From an uncultured Gammaproteobacteria bacterium (GTDB taxonomy: Bacteria; Patescibacteriota; Microgenomatia; 2-02-FULL-39-11), in NCBI GenBank assembly GCA_964354025.1, contig CAYGXQ010000006.1:1-56696 (forward strand): a stretch of 56,696 bases of DNA, in the 5' to 3' direction. A program made the translations under genes and the position numbers. This document shows, one piece after another, positions 56,366-56,696 of the stretch. How positions within the stretch are numbered: position 1 is the first letter of the stretch; the number at the start of each line of letters is the position of its first letter. The notes beneath the pieces are model-generated. The model worked only from the letters and a program-made list of their open reading frames with translations. It searched no databases and was not told where the DNA came from.

Positions 56366-56696
56366 AGATTACTGCCTGCCAATCGCTGTCTGATAATCTT
56401 TCGCCAAACGGCCGGGTGAATTCGAAGTAGCTGTAAACCACGCCGCGGGTCAGCCTCGTCCCGTTGGCATCTTTGACGCTGACATAAATAATACTCGGGA
56501 TACCGGTAGCCTCATACAAAATTTCCTTTTTAGTTTGGGTGACGGCCGTATGAACATCGGCAATCAATCCGGCCCTGGCTTCCCTGGCTTTCATATAAGA
56601 AAGACTGGTTGAGGGCGGGGTGATAATATCGTTTAATCTCGCCACCCCAAGCCGTAATTTCTCAAAATCTTCATCGGAAATCACCGCATTTTGCAA
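56301..56696 (-). CDS. DUF3160-like protein, C-terminal part (5' end outside window)
   Basis: IADVHT, ILYEATG, G.VYSYFEF, RLSDSDW. Confidence 0.75.
   Translation of the reverse strand: MQNAVISDEDFEKLRLGVARLNDIITPPSTSLSYMKAREARAGLIADVHTAVTQTKKEILYEATGIPSIIYVSVKDANGTRLTRGVVYSYFEFTRPFGERLSDSDWQAVIYENNTSFSIPQTPNWVKALEK

Overview
Chromosomal window, most likely from a Patescibacteria/CPR bacterium of Microgenomates type. This is inferred from the class I LysRS, short TsaB, SecA metal-binding-domain insert, many apparently leaderless genes and CPR-type palindromic repeats; genetic code 11. Core content: rfbB/C/A rhamnose genes, tsaE/C/B, ftsEX with an M23 protein, prfB, secA, lysS, greA, tRNA-Glu and metK. 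Four regions stand out. (1) 3.2-9.9 kb: a secreted-protein locus with three paralogues built from an ~85-aa Asn/Thr/Gly repeat (1, 4 and 4 copies), a sortase and a likely substrate. It also carries an unannotated 57-aa YezD/DUF2292-like ORF and two copies of a conserved RNA hairpin that overlaps leader terminators, suggesting protein-dependent antitermination. (2) 18.6-23.1 kb: an unannotated 59-aa LysW-like carrier ending in EEEK instead of EDWGE, among an ATP-grasp ligase, a PLP enzyme, an atypical MurD and an NlpC/P60-like protein; two MurL-like paralogues lie at 41.5-44.3 kb. (3) 12.9-14.1 kb: an M23 peptidase whose motif order is circularly permuted. (4) 48.4-55.3 kb: accessory genes separated by 8 co-oriented copies of a palindromic site with a 7-bp spacer, resembling a gene-cassette array with no integrase in the window. 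All family assignments come from motifs recognised by eye; no database searches were run.
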